Source: Promethearchaeota archaeon | Lineage (GTDB): Archaea > Asgardarchaeota > Lokiarchaeia > Sigyniarchaeales > SOKP01 | Reading direction: 5' to 3' | Assembly (NCBI GenBank): GCA_019058445.1 | Contig: JAHPZA010000003.1 | Coordinates: 64,001 to 128,000 of the forward strand | DNA length: 64,000 bases | In this document: positions 38,666 to 48,993 of the stretch, piece after piece | Layout of the letters: each line of letters begins with the position of its first letter | How positions within the stretch are numbered: position 1 is the first letter of the stretch | Program-made: the position numbers and the translations under genes | The notes under the pieces: generated by a model | The model's input: only the letters and a program-made list of their open reading frames with translations | Databases searched by the model: none | What the model was told of the DNA's origin: nothing

Positions 38666-39634
38666 ATGTTAGAAAAAATTGTTGAAAGTATAAGGAACAA
38701 TAAAACTATCCTTGAAAAAAAAGAACTCACACCTATTCTTACTTTTATTGAGGCAAATTCATTTAAAAATTGGGATCGTATTCACTCAGATATAGGTGAG
38801 GATTCGGCAGCTATAAAGTTTAATGAGAGTTATATTTTAATCACTACTGACAGAATTAGAACAGAATTCGTAGAAAATTTTCCATATGGTGCAGGTTTTA
38901 GCTCCATATTAGTAAGTATAGATGATATTTATGCCTGTGGTGGAGTTCCATTAGCTGCAAGTTTAATCATTTCCTATAATGACGAAGATAAGGGAAAAAA
39001 GATTTTAGAAGGAATTTGTGATGCTTCTAAGAAATTTCATGTTCCTATTGTACGAGGGCATACAAAAGTTCGGGGAAAAAATTATGAATTGAGTTCTACT
39101 ATGATAGGGGAAATTAATAAAGATGATTATATCTCTGCTCGAAATGCACAAGTGGAAGATAATATCATTTTAACAGTTGATTATGATGGAAAAGTAGGTA
39201 AAGCAAGTAAATATTACTTTGATACAGTTACCTTTAAAAGCTCAGAGCAAGTTTTAAAAAGAAGAGAAGCAATGAATATAATAGCAAAAAAACACCTTGC
39301 CCATTCTTCTAAGGATATCTCGAATAGTGGGATATTTGGTACGATTTTACAACTAATACAATATTCTGGAGTAGGAGCAAATGTTAATATTAATAAAATA
39401 AACATACCTCCTATATTAGCAGAACTAAACTATACTTTAGATATGTATATCAAAATGTATTTAACTACATCATATATTCTAACTGCTCCCAAACAAAATT
39501 GTGATGAAATAGTAGAAATTTTTGAGCATTATGGATTAACTGCAAATATTATAGGAAAAATCATAAAAACCAAAAATCTCTTAAGACTTAATGAGGGAGA
39601 TGAATCTAACTCGGTTGATGTAATCAAGTTTTAA
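38666..39634 (+). CDS. AIR synthase-related (PurM/ThiL-like) protein
   Basis: GEDSAAI, SIDDIYACGGVP, VPIVRGHT, SKDISNSG. Confidence 0.8.
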   Translation: MLEKIVESIRNNKTILEKKELTPILTFIEANSFKNWDRIHSDIGEDSAAIKFNESYILITTDRIRTEFVENFPYGAGFSSILVSIDDIYACGGVPLAASLIISYNDEDKGKKILEGICDASKKFHVPIVRGHTKVRGKNYELSSTMIGEINKDDYISARNAQVEDNIILTVDYDGKVGKASKYYFDTVTFKSSEQVLKRREAMNIIAKKHLAHSSKDISNSGIFGTILQLIQYSGVGANVNINKINIPPILAELNYTLDMYIKMYLTTSYILTAPKQNCDEIVEIFEHYGLTANIIGKIIKTKNLLRLNEGDESNSVDVIKF

Positions 39635-39682
39635 AAGAGAAATGGATAAAAATAAAATTTAAAAAAATTTAGTATAAATAAT

Positions 39683-40177
39683 ATGATATTTTTAGAGTGT
39701 TTAATACCAGACCACCCTGGAAGTTTAATAGAATTAATCAAACCTATCTCTAATAATCATGGGAATATTTATGGGATATTACATTTCCACGATAGAAAAA
39801 AAGAGAATATGATTCCAGTGAGTGTTAATTTTGAAATTCCGGAAGAATTAATCGAAGCAAGCTTAGAAAGACTTAAAAAGGAACTTACGGAAAAGAATAT
39901 TCATATTGAAAAGTTAACTATGGGAGATAAAACAAGACAAGATTTAATAGTTATATTAACGGGACATGTTTTTGACACAGATATAGTTGACACGATAAAA
40001 CGTCTTGCTGCAAAAAATATTAAAGTTCCAGAATTGCAAGCCAAATTCACGGAAATTTCTGAAATTAGTAATGTAAAACTAAAATTGGTGTACCCAGAGT
40101 CTATGACTGAACATGATTTAATACAAGAGATTTCTTCAATATGTAAGGAAAAAAATTTATTTTTAATTAGAACTTAA
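39683..40177 (+). CDS. Tandem ACT-domain protein
   Basis: PDHPGSL...PIS...GNIYGILH and LTGHVFDTDIVDTI, the type found upstream of archaeal hom genes. Confidence 0.75.
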   Translation: MIFLECLIPDHPGSLIELIKPISNNHGNIYGILHFHDRKKENMIPVSVNFEIPEELIEASLERLKKELTEKNIHIEKLTMGDKTRQDLIVILTGHVFDTDIVDTIKRLAAKNIKVPELQAKFTEISEISNVKLKLVYPESMTEHDLIQEISSICKEKNLFLIRT

Positions 40178-40201
40178 CTAGAAAATAGGATTAGTTGAAA
40201 T

Positions 40202-40375
40202 ATGGCTAGCAAGAAAAAAAAGAAGGTAAAAAATAGCAAGATTCCAAGTGGTAAAATTAAATGCCCTGATTGCGAAAAGATTATTGAAGAAGGATTAACA
40301 TTCTGTCCGGAATGTGGAAATAGAATTCCTCCATGGGCCAAATTTAATCCAGATTCTACTCCTGGTATTCTTTAA
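40202..40375 (+). CDS. 57-aa zinc-ribbon protein, absent from the ORF track
   Basis: Manual translation MASKKKKKVKNSKIPSGKIKCPDCEKIIEEGLTFCPECGNRIPPWAKFNPDSTPGIL* gives CPDC-x10-CPEC. Confidence 0.8.
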   Translation: MASKKKKKVKNSKIPSGKIKCPDCEKIIEEGLTFCPECGNRIPPWAKFNPDSTPGIL

Positions 40376-40559
40376 ATTTTTTATCTTGCTAATCGAATCT
40401 TATTTAAACCTCAATAATGGTAAGAAAAAGAGTTTCAATATTTATTACAAATTAATTTTTAACATAATTAATTATTTAATATTATCTATTCTTAAAATTC
40501 AAGAATACATCAAACAAAATGAATTAAAATTGTATAAATCTGATTTCACGGTGAATAGT

Positions 40560-41576
40560 ATGGAAATTAAAATTGCTTTAATAGGATATGGAAATGTTGG
40601 TGCGAGTTTACTAAAAATTTTAAAAGAAAAACGGCAATTACTTAAGAATAATTTTAATATGAATTATAAGGTAATTGCAATTTTTGAATACGATGGTGCC
40701 TTAATTAAGAAAGATGGGATTGACATTGACTCACTTTTAAAAAAGGGAGATAATTATAGAGAATTACCATTTTGGAAAGATGGTATAACTTTTACAAACG
40801 AGTTAATCTCTACAATCGGGATAAATCTCTGCATAGAGGCAACGCCTACCAATCCCGACACAGGTGAACCTGCTCTCTCACATATAAAAATCGCTCTAAA
40901 TAACGGAATAGATGTTGTTGCTTCAAATAAAGGTCCTTTTTATTTGGAATACGATAAAATCAAAAAGTTAGCAAAAGAAAATAACAGTTATGTAAATTAT
41001 GAAGCGACTGTTGCAAGTTGCGTACCAATTTTATCATTAAAGAATAATTTAATTGGAAATACGATTACTCAAATAAAAGCAATATTGAATGGTACTTGTA
41101 ATTATATACTCAGTCGAATGACTGCTGAGGGTATCCCCTTCGATATTGCTTTAAAAGAGGCGCAAGAATTAGGATTTGCAGAAGCAAATCCGAGTTTGGA
41201 TATAGATGGTTGGGATGCAGCCGGAAAATTAGTAATCTTAGCAAATGAATTACTTGGATGGTCTAAATCGATAAAAGATGTAGATGTAAGAGGAATCAGT
41301 GGAATAACTCCCCAAGCAATCGAGTTAGCTAAATCTGATGGTTATGTAATTAAACACTTAGCTATTGCGGAAAATGATAAATTGCTAGTAGAGCCTCGCT
41401 TACTTGAAAGAAATTCCCCCCTAAATATCTCAGGAACATTAAACGTTATTGAATTATTGACTGATTACGCGGGACCTATTGTATTGATGGGAAGGGGTGC
41501 AGGAGGGTTCGAGGCTGCCTCTGCAATATTAAACGGTTTGATTGATATTGCTAAAAAACGAGGATATGCGAAATAA
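40560..41576 (+). CDS. hom: Homoserine dehydrogenase
   Basis: GYGNVG, ASNKGP, YEATV, ILNGTCNYIL, AQELGFAEANP..DIDGWDAAGK, GRGAG. The start is taken as ATG 40560 (or GTG 40551), not 40314. Confidence 0.93.
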   Translation: MEIKIALIGYGNVGASLLKILKEKRQLLKNNFNMNYKVIAIFEYDGALIKKDGIDIDSLLKKGDNYRELPFWKDGITFTNELISTIGINLCIEATPTNPDTGEPALSHIKIALNNGIDVVASNKGPFYLEYDKIKKLAKENNSYVNYEATVASCVPILSLKNNLIGNTITQIKAILNGTCNYILSRMTAEGIPFDIALKEAQELGFAEANPSLDIDGWDAAGKLVILANELLGWSKSIKDVDVRGISGITPQAIELAKSDGYVIKHLAIAENDKLLVEPRLLERNSPLNISGTLNVIELLTDYAGPIVLMGRGAGGFEAASAILNGLIDIAKKRGYAK

Positions 41577-41688
41577 AGATCTTATTTTAATTTCATTATA
41601 GTTTTATTTAAAGGCATCATTAAAACCAAATTTATTTTTAATATCGAAAACAAATATAAAATTATTAGCAAAAAGAGGAATTCATATA

Positions 41689-42252
41689 TTGAATTTTGAT
41701 TTCAAAAAAGAGTATAATGGAATTGTATCCATCATCGGGGCTAGTGAGATAGATAAAAAGACTGAAGAATTGGCGATCGAAGTTGGAAGATTACTTGCCA
41801 AAAATAAGTATGCAATTTCATGTGGTGGGCTTACAGGTGTAATGGAAGCTGTGTGTAAAGGAGCTAAAGAAGAAGAAAATGGATTAACCATAGGTATTAT
41901 TCCATATAAAGAAAAAAATGCAGCAAATAAATATGTTGATATAGTAATTCCTGTGCCTTTCTCACAAGCAAGAAATATTGTAGTAGTACTTAGTGGTGAT
42001 GCTTGTATAGCAATAGCAGGTAAAGCAGGTACTCTATCTGAGATATGTTTTGCGTGGATATATCAAAAACCTATTGTTGCAATATCAAGTGTGAATGGGT
42101 GGTCCTCAAAACTAGCAAATCAAAAATTAGATGATAGACGATTTGATATGATTTACGGAGCAAAAACTCCTAAAGAGGCCGTTGATAAAATTATTCAACT
42201 TCTAAAAAGTAAAAATAAGCCAAAATCAATCAGTTCAGAAGAAGAAATATAA
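41689..42252 (+). CDS. TIGR00725/LOG-family Rossmann-fold protein
   Basis: CGGLTGVMEAVCKGA, ARNIVVV, GKAGTLSEI. Confidence 0.85.
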   Translation: MNFDFKKEYNGIVSIIGASEIDKKTEELAIEVGRLLAKNKYAISCGGLTGVMEAVCKGAKEEENGLTIGIIPYKEKNAANKYVDIVIPVPFSQARNIVVVLSGDACIAIAGKAGTLSEICFAWIYQKPIVAISSVNGWSSKLANQKLDDRRFDMIYGAKTPKEAVDKIIQLLKSKNKPKSISSEEEI

Positions 42253-42304
42253 TTCTAAATAGATCTAAATCAAAAAAAGTCAGAAGTATTTATAAAATAG
42301 AAAA

Positions 42305-43657
42305 ATGAGTGGAGATAGTAAATTATCACATATTAAGGGATTTTTTATTTTACACCAATATTGGTTAATACGCTATTTTAATATTCTCTTTATTTCTATA
42401 ATTTTGGGTGTAGTGTGTGGGTTTTCAATGGTTCTTTTTAATTATATGTTAATATATTTTAAATCAAACATGAGCACATTTTTACCCTATTTCATCTCTC
42501 CCTTAATTGCTGGATTACTCACAAGTCTATTAGTGAAATACGGACATGCTAATAGAGTAATGGGAACAGGTGCCGATGCTTATGTTGAAGATATAAATAG
42601 ACCAGATGAGGAATATCTTGAACAATCTAAGATGGGACTTCGTAGAAAGCAAAATTTATTTAGTAAAACGTTAGCTACAGGATGGACATATGGCTCTGGA
42701 ATGGTGTGTGGTTTAGAAGGACCAGGGCTCCTTATTGGAGGAAATTTAGGATATATTTTTTCTCGGGCAGAGAAATTTCACATAGATCGTTTAGATGCGT
42801 TTTTTATAGGAGCGAGTGCATGTACTGGTGCAATACTCAAAGCTCCAATTAGCGGAGCGCTGTTTTGTGCAGAATTGCCTTACTTTAATCATATCAGATA
42901 CAAATCTTTAATCCCCAGCATCATTGCTTCAACCGTAGCCTACTTCATTTTCTGTAGTTTTTTTGAATTCACTCCACTAATTAAAATTGATACATTATCA
43001 GTTAGACCTGATCAAGTCAATTACTTATACTTATTACCTCTTTTGGTTTTTTTTGGGATTGTTTCTGGATTACTTGTATTACTCTTAATGAGTTTATTGA
43101 GAGCATTTACAAATAAATTAAAAGAGTTATTTGAAACCAAACCCGGATTATGGATATTACCATTTTTAGGTGCTGCTGGATATAGCTTATTCCTCTTGAT
43201 TGTAATTCCATTTTTACCAGAGAATTATAGAAATTTACTTATTGGCCCTGATGCTTCTTTTTTAAATTATTTAATTAGAGTGTTTAACGCCTCTACAATC
43301 AGTTGGGAGTTCCTTTTTATATTAGCAATATTATTTACCATAGCCATCTTTTTATCAATAGGTACGATGAATAGCGCAGGAATTATAATGCCCCTTATGA
43401 TTTTTGGAGCTATTATAGGGGGACTCTTTGGAGTGTTGTTTTACCCCCAAAATCCAGAATTATTTGTATTATTAGGGATTTCAGCATTCCTAGGAGCTGC
43501 GTTAAATAGCCCCATAGCAGCAATTTTTATCATAATTGAATTAACATGGATACCTTTTTTGCTGATTCCTGCAAGTATTACAACTTTAATTGCATATATT
43601 TTTAGTGGCCCAAGCTCTATAATTCCAGGTCAAAAAAATGTTATAGAAAAGAAATAA
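42305..43657 (+). CDS. ClC family chloride channel/transporter
   Basis: GLEGP (gating Glu), KAPISGALFCAE, GIIMP, NSPIAAIFIIIELT. Many TM segments. Confidence 0.88.
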   Translation: MSGDSKLSHIKGFFILHQYWLIRYFNILFISIILGVVCGFSMVLFNYMLIYFKSNMSTFLPYFISPLIAGLLTSLLVKYGHANRVMGTGADAYVEDINRPDEEYLEQSKMGLRRKQNLFSKTLATGWTYGSGMVCGLEGPGLLIGGNLGYIFSRAEKFHIDRLDAFFIGASACTGAILKAPISGALFCAELPYFNHIRYKSLIPSIIASTVAYFIFCSFFEFTPLIKIDTLSVRPDQVNYLYLLPLLVFFGIVSGLLVLLLMSLLRAFTNKLKELFETKPGLWILPFLGAAGYSLFLLIVIPFLPENYRNLLIGPDASFLNYLIRVFNASTISWEFLFILAILFTIAIFLSIGTMNSAGIIMPLMIFGAIIGGLFGVLFYPQNPELFVLLGISAFLGAALNSPIAAIFIIIELTWIPFLLIPASITTLIAYIFSGPSSIIPGQKNVIEKK

Positions 43658-43739
43658 ATGAAAGAATATATTAATTATTGCTAATTACTTCAGTAAATTT
43701 TTATTAGATTGTAGTTTTTACGTTAATAGTGAATAAGAT

Positions 43740-45098
43740 ATGGAAATTAAATTTCATTCGACTAATTATAATACGCCTGATGTAGATTTCAAGACAGCTA
43801 TCATTAGAGGACAAGCTTTAGATAAAGGTCTATATATGTTAAATGAAATCCCTAAATTGGAAAGCACACAAATTTTTTCATTTAAAGATTTAGAATTATT
43901 TGAAATTGGGAATATTGTACTGTCTAAAATTATTGGGAAAATAATACCGGAACAAAATCTTAAAGAAATTTTAGGTACTGCTTTAAACTTTAAGGTTCCC
44001 ATCGAAAAGATTTCCAATAATGATTATATTTGTTATTTAGATAAAGGTCCTACATGTAGTTTTAAGGATTTTGGTGCAAGGACATTAGCTCGGATGATGG
44101 AATATTTTCTTGAAAGTGAAGATAAAAATGCGGTAATTTTAACAGCAACTTCAGGAGATACTGGAGGGGCGGTTGCTCAAGCCTTTTATAAAATGAGGAG
44201 AATTAAAGTTGTTGTATTATATCCGAAAGATGAAATAAGCGATTTACAGAGAAAACAAATGACTACCCTTGGTCAAAATGTGACAGCCATAGGGATAAAT
44301 GGGAAATTTGATGATTGCCAAAGACTCGTAAAAACCGCATTCGCGGATTCTGATCTTAAACATATCAATCTTTCTTCAGCAAATTCCATAAATTTTGGAC
44401 GTCTCATGCCCCAAACTTTATATTATTTTTGGAGTTATTCCAGGGTTGTAGAAAATAAGGGTGAAAAAGTTATTTTTTCTGTACCTTCTGGAAATTTCGG
44501 GAATCTTATGGGAGGATTAATTGCATTTAGAATGGGTTTACCTGTAAGAAAGTTTATATCAGCTGTAAATGAGAACGATGAATTTCCGAATTATTTGGAA
44601 ACTGGAATTTATAAAAAAGTAGAACCCTCTAAGAAATGCATATCCAACGCTATGAATGTGGGGCATCCCTCAAATCTAGCTAGATTAATCGATTTATACA
44701 GAGGTCAGATCGATGAACTTGGGATTGTTCATAAAGACCCGGATTTGAACAAAATCCACCAAGAAATTGTTTCCTATTCAATTGATGATAATTTAACAAA
44801 AAAGACAATTGCAGATTTTTATCAGAAATATAAAAAAATAATAGAACCTCACGGAGCTGTTGGTTGGGCAGCATTGCAAAAATATAGAGAAATTTATCCT
44901 GAAAATAACAATTTTAAGGCAATTAATTTAGAAACAGCAGATCCAGCAAAATTCCCTGAAGAGATTATCTCGTTGATTAATATAACACCTAAAATACCCA
45001 ATTCATTAGAAATTATTCAAAATAAGGAAGAATTTCCAAATCAAGTAGAAGTTAATGAGTATAGGGATTTTAAAAAGTTCTTAAGAGAGAATTTTTAA
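43740..45098 (+). CDS. thrC: Threonine synthase
   Basis: GPTCSFKDFGAR (PLP Lys), ATSGDTG, SANSINFGRL, VPSGNFGN, EPHGAV, ETADPAKF. Confidence 0.95.
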   Translation: MEIKFHSTNYNTPDVDFKTAIIRGQALDKGLYMLNEIPKLESTQIFSFKDLELFEIGNIVLSKIIGKIIPEQNLKEILGTALNFKVPIEKISNNDYICYLDKGPTCSFKDFGARTLARMMEYFLESEDKNAVILTATSGDTGGAVAQAFYKMRRIKVVVLYPKDEISDLQRKQMTTLGQNVTAIGINGKFDDCQRLVKTAFADSDLKHINLSSANSINFGRLMPQTLYYFWSYSRVVENKGEKVIFSVPSGNFGNLMGGLIAFRMGLPVRKFISAVNENDEFPNYLETGIYKKVEPSKKCISNAMNVGHPSNLARLIDLYRGQIDELGIVHKDPDLNKIHQEIVSYSIDDNLTKKTIADFYQKYKKIIEPHGAVGWAALQKYREIYPENNNFKAINLETADPAKFPEEIISLINITPKIPNSLEIIQNKEEFPNQVEVNEYRDFKKFLRENF

Positions 45099-45212
45099 AT
45101 AAAAAATATTTTTTGCCTATTTTACTATCTGCTTTTTGAATACTTTAAAGTTAAATTTGATAAATTGATTACTAATATATTAGAGTAATTCGCAGAAATT
45201 AGGGGAAATATT

Positions 45213-47747
45213 TTGAATATTATAGTATTGAGCTATTTTGATCATATTTTTGGTCCAAAAATATTTATGAAAACACCAAAATCATTTGATGATGAGGAAA
45301 TTAATCAAATTCCTGTACTCATTGATATGTATGAAGAAGGATTTTTTATTCACATATTTGGGGGATTTAAAAGTGCTAATTATTTTTTTGAAATAAATAG
45401 TCCTATTGCGCGTGGCGGTACTGAAAGATTACTTCTATCGATCTTAACAACAGAAGGAGAACTCAATCAAGAATTGTTAAAAGAATTATTAGAAAGATTT
45501 ATTAATGAAATACAGCAAATTCCAGACATTTATAGTGCATTTTATTCCACTAAAAACTCAGAAAATAAAGCTCAAGCGAAATATACCCAGTTAGATAATC
45601 TCATGAATACATTCTATGAGCATCTACCAAAAGATGTGGCTATCATTAAACGTCGTAAAGCGAAAATTTTTATATTCGGACCCTCTAAAGCAGGAAAAAC
45701 AACGATAATAAACTGTCTTCGAAACGAATTCGATAAAACCACACTACCTACAACTAGTATGAGCATCTCAAAATTACTTATTGGAAGTCTTGAATTTTTA
45801 ACTTATGATGTTCCTGGACAAACTAAATTTCAAAAATTGTGGCTCCCCTACTTAAAAAATCAAGATGGATTGGTGTTTGTTTTTGATATCACTGATAAAG
45901 AAAGATATGAAGAGGCAAAAGAAATGTTGCATCGAGTAGTCACTATGCCTCAAACAAAAAATTTACCATTACTCATCCTATTCAATAAAGTAGATTTAGG
46001 TACTCCTGATGTCTTATCTATTGAGAAAGCAGTCGGTATTCCTGAATTAGGAAAACGACATTTCAAATGTTTTCTCACAAGTGGTTTAATTAATGAAGGT
46101 GTGGCAGAAGCATTTGATTGGTTTGCTGAAACTATCGTAAATCGATTAATGCCTTCACGATTTACTGAAGTAAATTGCATATTTGCGAAATGGGATGAAG
46201 ATGAGGGGCCCCAGATAATTTCAGAATATCCTGCACATTCTTTTGAGGATGCTGAGAACGTTGCAATAGAGAGTTTTTCTTTATCTCAATTCGTATTTGG
46301 GGGAAAGGAATTCAAAAAAACCTCCTTTATTATGCCGTTTGTTCATTTGAATTCGAGGGCATCAATGCTGTTTGATTATATTCCCGATGAAAATGTTCGA
46401 GGAGGTAGATTACCACTTCTATTAGCTATTTTTTTCAATAATACAATTCCTATGCCTATCATTGAGCAATTTAATGTTTTTATTTTTGAGAAGTTTTCAT
46501 TGATTAAAAATAACTGGTCCCATATTCAAATTGTAGAAGAAAACCTTGAAGAAATAAGAAATGAAATTATAGAAAAATTAAAGAAAATTAAACCAACAGT
46601 TCATGCGATTAGAGTTGCTGAACGACGGTATGAATCACTCTTTAAAACAGCACGAGATGGAATCATAATTATTGATAGAAGACTCGGTATCATTGTTGAT
46701 GCTAATGAACAAGCAGAAATGATGTTAAAAAGTACAAAAGAAGATCTTATTGGGGCAAATATAAGTCAAATTCAGTCTGCTGATGAAAATATTGGGCTAA
46801 TGGATAGAATTCAGGAACAGCTTAACACTCTAAATAGTCCTCCTTTTATTTACTGGATTAAAGATATAGATTTAAAGTTTATTCCTGTAGAAATAAATGC
46901 TAGCCAGATTCAAATTGGTGGACAACATTTAATTCAATGCACTTTTAGAGATATAACAAATCGATTGAAAGCAGAAGAAGCACTAAAAGCAAGTGAAGAA
47001 CGACACAGAAGAATCGTCGAATTGAATCCTTTTCCCATCATTATTTTTTCCAAAGGAAACGTAGAATATGTGAATCCGATGTTTATCGAACTTTTTGGCT
47101 ATTCATTAGAAGATATTCCTACGGGAAGAGAATGGTCCCGTAAGGCTTATCCAAATCCAGAGTATAGACATAAGGTGATTGCTGCGTTTAAAAATTATGA
47201 GGAACACCCTTATGACCCGAACCTTGGAATTGATCCCTATACTTTTGATGTAACCTGTAAGGACGGAACTATACGTAGAATCATATTTAACCCTGTATAT
47301 ATCGATAAAGACAAGCAATTTTTCATTTGTGAGGATATCACTGAACGCATTACAGCACAGAAGGCTCAAAAGGAGAGCGAGGAAAAACATAGGCGTATTG
47401 TTGAATTGAATCCATTTCCCATCATTATTTTCTCCAAAGGAAACATAGAATATGTGAATCCGAAGTTCATCGAACTTTTTGGCTATTCATTAGAAAATAT
47501 ATCAACGGGAAGAGAATGGTCCCGTAAGGCTTATCCAGATCCAGAGTATAGACATAAAGTAATCGCCGCTTTTAAAAATTATGAGGAAAATCCTTATGAT
47601 CCAAGCCTAGGTGTTGATCCATATACTTTTAAAGTTACCTGCAAGAACGGTTCTATACGTAAAATCATTTTTAATCCTGTAAATATCGATAAAGATAAGC
47701 AATTTTTCATTTGTGAAGATATCACTGAGCGAATGAAGAGCATTTAA
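45213..47747 (+). CDS. uDENN-like / Arf-like GTPase / uDENN-like / PAS x3 multidomain protein
   Basis: SYFDHIFGPKI..ARGG; GPSKAGKT, DVPGQ, NKVD, TSGL; AKWDEDEGPQI..VRGG; three PAS domains ending RDIT or EDITER. Confidence 0.85.
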   Translation: MNIIVLSYFDHIFGPKIFMKTPKSFDDEEINQIPVLIDMYEEGFFIHIFGGFKSANYFFEINSPIARGGTERLLLSILTTEGELNQELLKELLERFINEIQQIPDIYSAFYSTKNSENKAQAKYTQLDNLMNTFYEHLPKDVAIIKRRKAKIFIFGPSKAGKTTIINCLRNEFDKTTLPTTSMSISKLLIGSLEFLTYDVPGQTKFQKLWLPYLKNQDGLVFVFDITDKERYEEAKEMLHRVVTMPQTKNLPLLILFNKVDLGTPDVLSIEKAVGIPELGKRHFKCFLTSGLINEGVAEAFDWFAETIVNRLMPSRFTEVNCIFAKWDEDEGPQIISEYPAHSFEDAENVAIESFSLSQFVFGGKEFKKTSFIMPFVHLNSRASMLFDYIPDENVRGGRLPLLLAIFFNNTIPMPIIEQFNVFIFEKFSLIKNNWSHIQIVEENLEEIRNEIIEKLKKIKPTVHAIRVAERRYESLFKTARDGIIIIDRRLGIIVDANEQAEMMLKSTKEDLIGANISQIQSADENIGLMDRIQEQLNTLNSPPFIYWIKDIDLKFIPVEINASQIQIGGQHLIQCTFRDITNRLKAEEALKASEERHRRIVELNPFPIIIFSKGNVEYVNPMFIELFGYSLEDIPTGREWSRKAYPNPEYRHKVIAAFKNYEEHPYDPNLGIDPYTFDVTCKDGTIRRIIFNPVYIDKDKQFFICEDITERITAQKAQKESEEKHRRIVELNPFPIIIFSKGNIEYVNPKFIELFGYSLENISTGREWSRKAYPDPEYRHKVIAAFKNYEENPYDPSLGVDPYTFKVTCKNGSIRKIIFNPVNIDKDKQFFICEDITERMKSI
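46992..47735 (+). repeat. Intragenic tandem duplication of a PAS domain (384-nt period)
   Basis: ATTGAATCC occurs at 47021 and 47405. The two translated copies differ at about 16 of ~121 residues. Confidence 0.9.
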
Positions 47748-47902
47748 TTTTCATAATATTAAATGAGAGATTGGTAATATTAAAGGATAAATATCCTATT
47801 TACTAATTTTTTTATGATTTTTAAATTTTCATAAAATTATATATAAGAAACTATCTTATTGATCTCTTGAACTTTTTAGCAAACTTTTAGAGGTTAAGGA
47901 AG

Positions 47903-48850
47903 TTGGAGTATCTAAAAGAAGAGAAAATAATCTCAAAAAAGATTCTATTTACCGGATTGGATGATGCGGGGAAGACATCAATCATTCTCGCCCTTCAGAG
48001 AGAGTTTTCTAAAGTTGCCAATATTCAGCCAACAAGAGGGGCACAAAGACGGATATTTCAATTCTTAGGAAAGGAAATCAGTGAATGGGATCTAGGTGGG
48101 CAAACAACGTACAGAATCTCTTATTTAAAAAATCCAGACAAATTTTTTGAGGGAACAGAAATCGCAATATATGTTGTAGATATACAGAATCGCGAGAGAT
48201 TAGCTGAATCGTTAAGCTATTTAAATGATGTGATAGTTGAGTTTAAAAAATTACAAATTAATCCTCCGATTAATATCTTTTTCCATAAATATGACCCAAC
48301 TTTAATAAAAGCTACAAAAGATGAATTAGAAACCCTCATCTTAAATCTAAAAAAAAAGATTAATAACATAATTAACTATAATAAACTTTATTTCTTTGAG
48401 ACATCAGTCTATAGTTTACCATCTATTATGAATGCTATGTCTGAGATATTATTGGAATTATATCCAAAATCGAGGCTGCTCAAAAAGACCATAGAGGAGT
48501 TTGCCATAAAATTAAACTGTCAAGGAATAGTAGTTATTGATAAAAATTCTCTTATCATTGGTTCCTTTTTTAAAGATCATGAAACGGGTGAGATACTGAC
48601 CAGATCTATGCCGTATTTCTTAACGCTAAATGATAGTTTTCAGTTAGAAGGGGTTAGCCAAAAGAATCAAGACCAAATGGTGGTTCATAGATTTGGAAAA
48701 TACTTTTTATTTAAAGAAATTTTATTGAAAGAAAGTGGCGTTCCTTATTACATTCTCATAGTTAAAGGAGATAATCCTTGGGATCTTTATTTCAGTAGTA
48801 AAGATTTTCGAGCATTTATTCAGATGCTAAGAGATATAATTTATAAATAA
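47903..48850 (+). CDS. Rag/Gtr-like small GTPase with C-terminal roadblock-like domain
   Basis: GLDDAGKT, PTRG, WDLGGQ, G4 HKYD, TSVY...MSEILLELYP, GIVVIDKNSLIIG. Confidence 0.82.
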   Translation: MEYLKEEKIISKKILFTGLDDAGKTSIILALQREFSKVANIQPTRGAQRRIFQFLGKEISEWDLGGQTTYRISYLKNPDKFFEGTEIAIYVVDIQNRERLAESLSYLNDVIVEFKKLQINPPINIFFHKYDPTLIKATKDELETLILNLKKKINNIINYNKLYFFETSVYSLPSIMNAMSEILLELYPKSRLLKKTIEEFAIKLNCQGIVVIDKNSLIIGSFFKDHETGEILTRSMPYFLTLNDSFQLEGVSQKNQDQMVVHRFGKYFLFKEILLKESGVPYYILIVKGDNPWDLYFSSKDFRAFIQMLRDIIYK

Positions 48851-48993
48851 TCATTAGATCTGAAATAGGATTATTAATAATAATTAATAATCTTATGTGA
48901 TATGGATTATTCAAAAATAATTATAAAATACCATTGACTTTTAATTTTTAGAGTAATATTAATTATAGTGACATTAGACGGGATGAAATTTGC

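Noticed and set aside
40314-40559. 82-aa N-terminal extension of homoserine dehydrogenase in the ORF track
   Set aside because: AT-rich read-through from a GTG that overlaps the Zn-ribbon ORF. The Rossmann fold begins at ATG 40560.
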